A stretch of 64,000 bases of DNA from Tubulanus polymorphus. Its lineage: Eukaryota; Animalia; Nemertea. Below, one piece after another: positions 62,293-64,000 of the stretch. The notes beneath the pieces were generated by a model. It did not search any database and was not told where the DNA came from. It saw only the letters and a program-made list of their open reading frames with translations. Location of the stretch: contig NC_134027.1 in the NCBI RefSeq assembly GCF_964204645.1, positions 10,386,485 to 10,450,484 of the forward strand. The letters run 5' to 3'. Made by a program: the position numbers and the translations under genes. How positions within the stretch are numbered: position 1 is the first letter of the stretch; each line of letters begins with the position of its first letter.

Positions 62293-64000
62293 AATACTCA
62301 AACCTGGTTACGTTCGTATAATAAAACAGTACTGGAAAATTGGTTAATATGCAATAATGTGGAAATATAGTGGACGTTTTAATGAACCCGGAAAATGGTT
62401 CTTAACAATAGCACGCTAATTCAAAACCGTTAATTACAACTATTTTTCTTTGATTACTCCAAAGCGCGAGTAGCAGGCTTAGCAGGCAAGCCGTAATATT
62501 ATATAGTATAGGCGTCATGATAATTTTGGTCCAATTTCGGTTTATTGACTGTAAACTTAATTCGCTAAAGTGTAACTTGATATACGAGGTTATTTTTCAT
62601 CAGCATCAGTATTCAAATGTGGTATGAAGTTAATGTACTGTTTACTCAAGGTGCCATTGCGTGTCTTCAATGGTTACTAATCGAACACCCTATACCGCTG
62701 GTTTTATATGTTTTAGATGTCGATACGCCAGAGAACATGGCCATTAGTAACGATTATTGCGCCGACGCTATTGACTTTGCCATCCTTCTATCTATACTTA
62801 GCCAAATGCGAACGGAAGGAAACTTTCGTGTTACGGGGAAACTAGCAATTTCCATGTTCCTGAACAACGATTTTCTTCTCCTTGGTCCATCTAATGATTG
62901 TCGTTATTAGCGGGGCTTTCAGACTGACTTTTGGGGTTGAATAGACGCTAAATTGCGACCGCACGGCTACATTTCACTCGGCTAGTTAAGTCTTTATCGT
63001 TGACTGTACGGGTCATTAATTCTCGAGGTCTATTTTGCTAACAACCGCCATCTTACGAACGTATTATACGCGACGACGTGCACCCTACGGAAATATAAGT
63101 TTTCCGGTGTGACAGATCTTCACCGGACATCCTTTACCAAGTTACCAAATTGAGGCATTTCGAATCATGTTAGAGACTTATCTGATTCCAACGAGTTCGT
63201 ACGTCGGTTACAAAGATGTTTCGATCAAAACATTTCGACGCCTTAAGACCGTAACAATAATATTTACTGATACCTAGTATGCGTTATATTAGGGGAGTCG
63301 ATGTCCACTACGTCATCAATATTGGCGTTTCAAAATAACAATTACAATTGTGTATTTTGACGTTCATTTTCTAATCAAATATATTTCATAAGCCTTATTT
63401 CATATTTGATAGATTCTAATGATACTTTTCGAGAATGTGCACCACGTCATCAATAAATCGGGGCTAGACTGGTTGCCGGTCAATTCAATTCAATAATCGA
63501 TATATTCAAATCAAAAATAACTTCATTGATCCTTAGTAGTGTATCATTTAAATTACATTATTCATTTTCGGCAATATTAAGCGAAATATTCCTAAAGGCG
63601 TAAATAAACTTTCAAGTTAGTTTTCTTGCTACTAATACCTTCACAATCGTCATTTTATCACCGTCAGTTCGAACAGCTTTTGACGCGTAATAACGAGGGT
63701 CGATATTGACACGGGAGGTTTTTCTGCGGTGAGAGCGAATTCACATCATCAAATCACACGGCGCGACAAAACCATCTGTTTTTATCTGACGGGCAACGCC
63801 GAGTGATTATCCAACGCACGTAAATAAACACTGTAAAATTCACGCCGTTGCGGTTTGCAATAAAACGGATTATGATCTCCTACGTTTTCTTCATAAACAC
63901 TGCAGCGAAACGTCGCTTACATCACTACATCGCACCGCGAAATCCTCAACTTTCATTTACCGAAACTTTCATAAAAAAACTGCGGCACAAAGAGATTATG

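Overview
AT-rich animal (probably marine invertebrate) genomic DNA with spliceosomal introns; there is no prokaryotic content and no CRISPR array. Three host genes can be assembled by hand. (1) The 3' eleven coding exons of PRMT7 (+, <1-8877), with a ~3.7-kb CR1/L2-group LINE in its first visible intron. (2) A convergent, phase-consistent nine-exon gene (-, 24318-11116) encoding a ~384-aa low-complexity protein with no domain I recognise. (3) The 3' part of an ERG/FLI-family ETS gene (-, ETS exon 45600-46129), including a candidate internal TATA/CCAAT promoter and short first exon that would give a PNT-less isoform. The remainder is CpG-rich non-coding DNA around the ETS gene plus many non-autonomous elements: Tc1/pogo-, hAT-, piggyBac- and Harbinger-like MITEs, Helentron-associated (HINE) elements, a 1.75-kb foldback element, RTE-X/L2/Penelope fragments, and a 140-bp TG..CA solo-LTR-like element carrying a tRNA-type Pol III promoter. 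All calls come from reading the sequence only; no searches were run.
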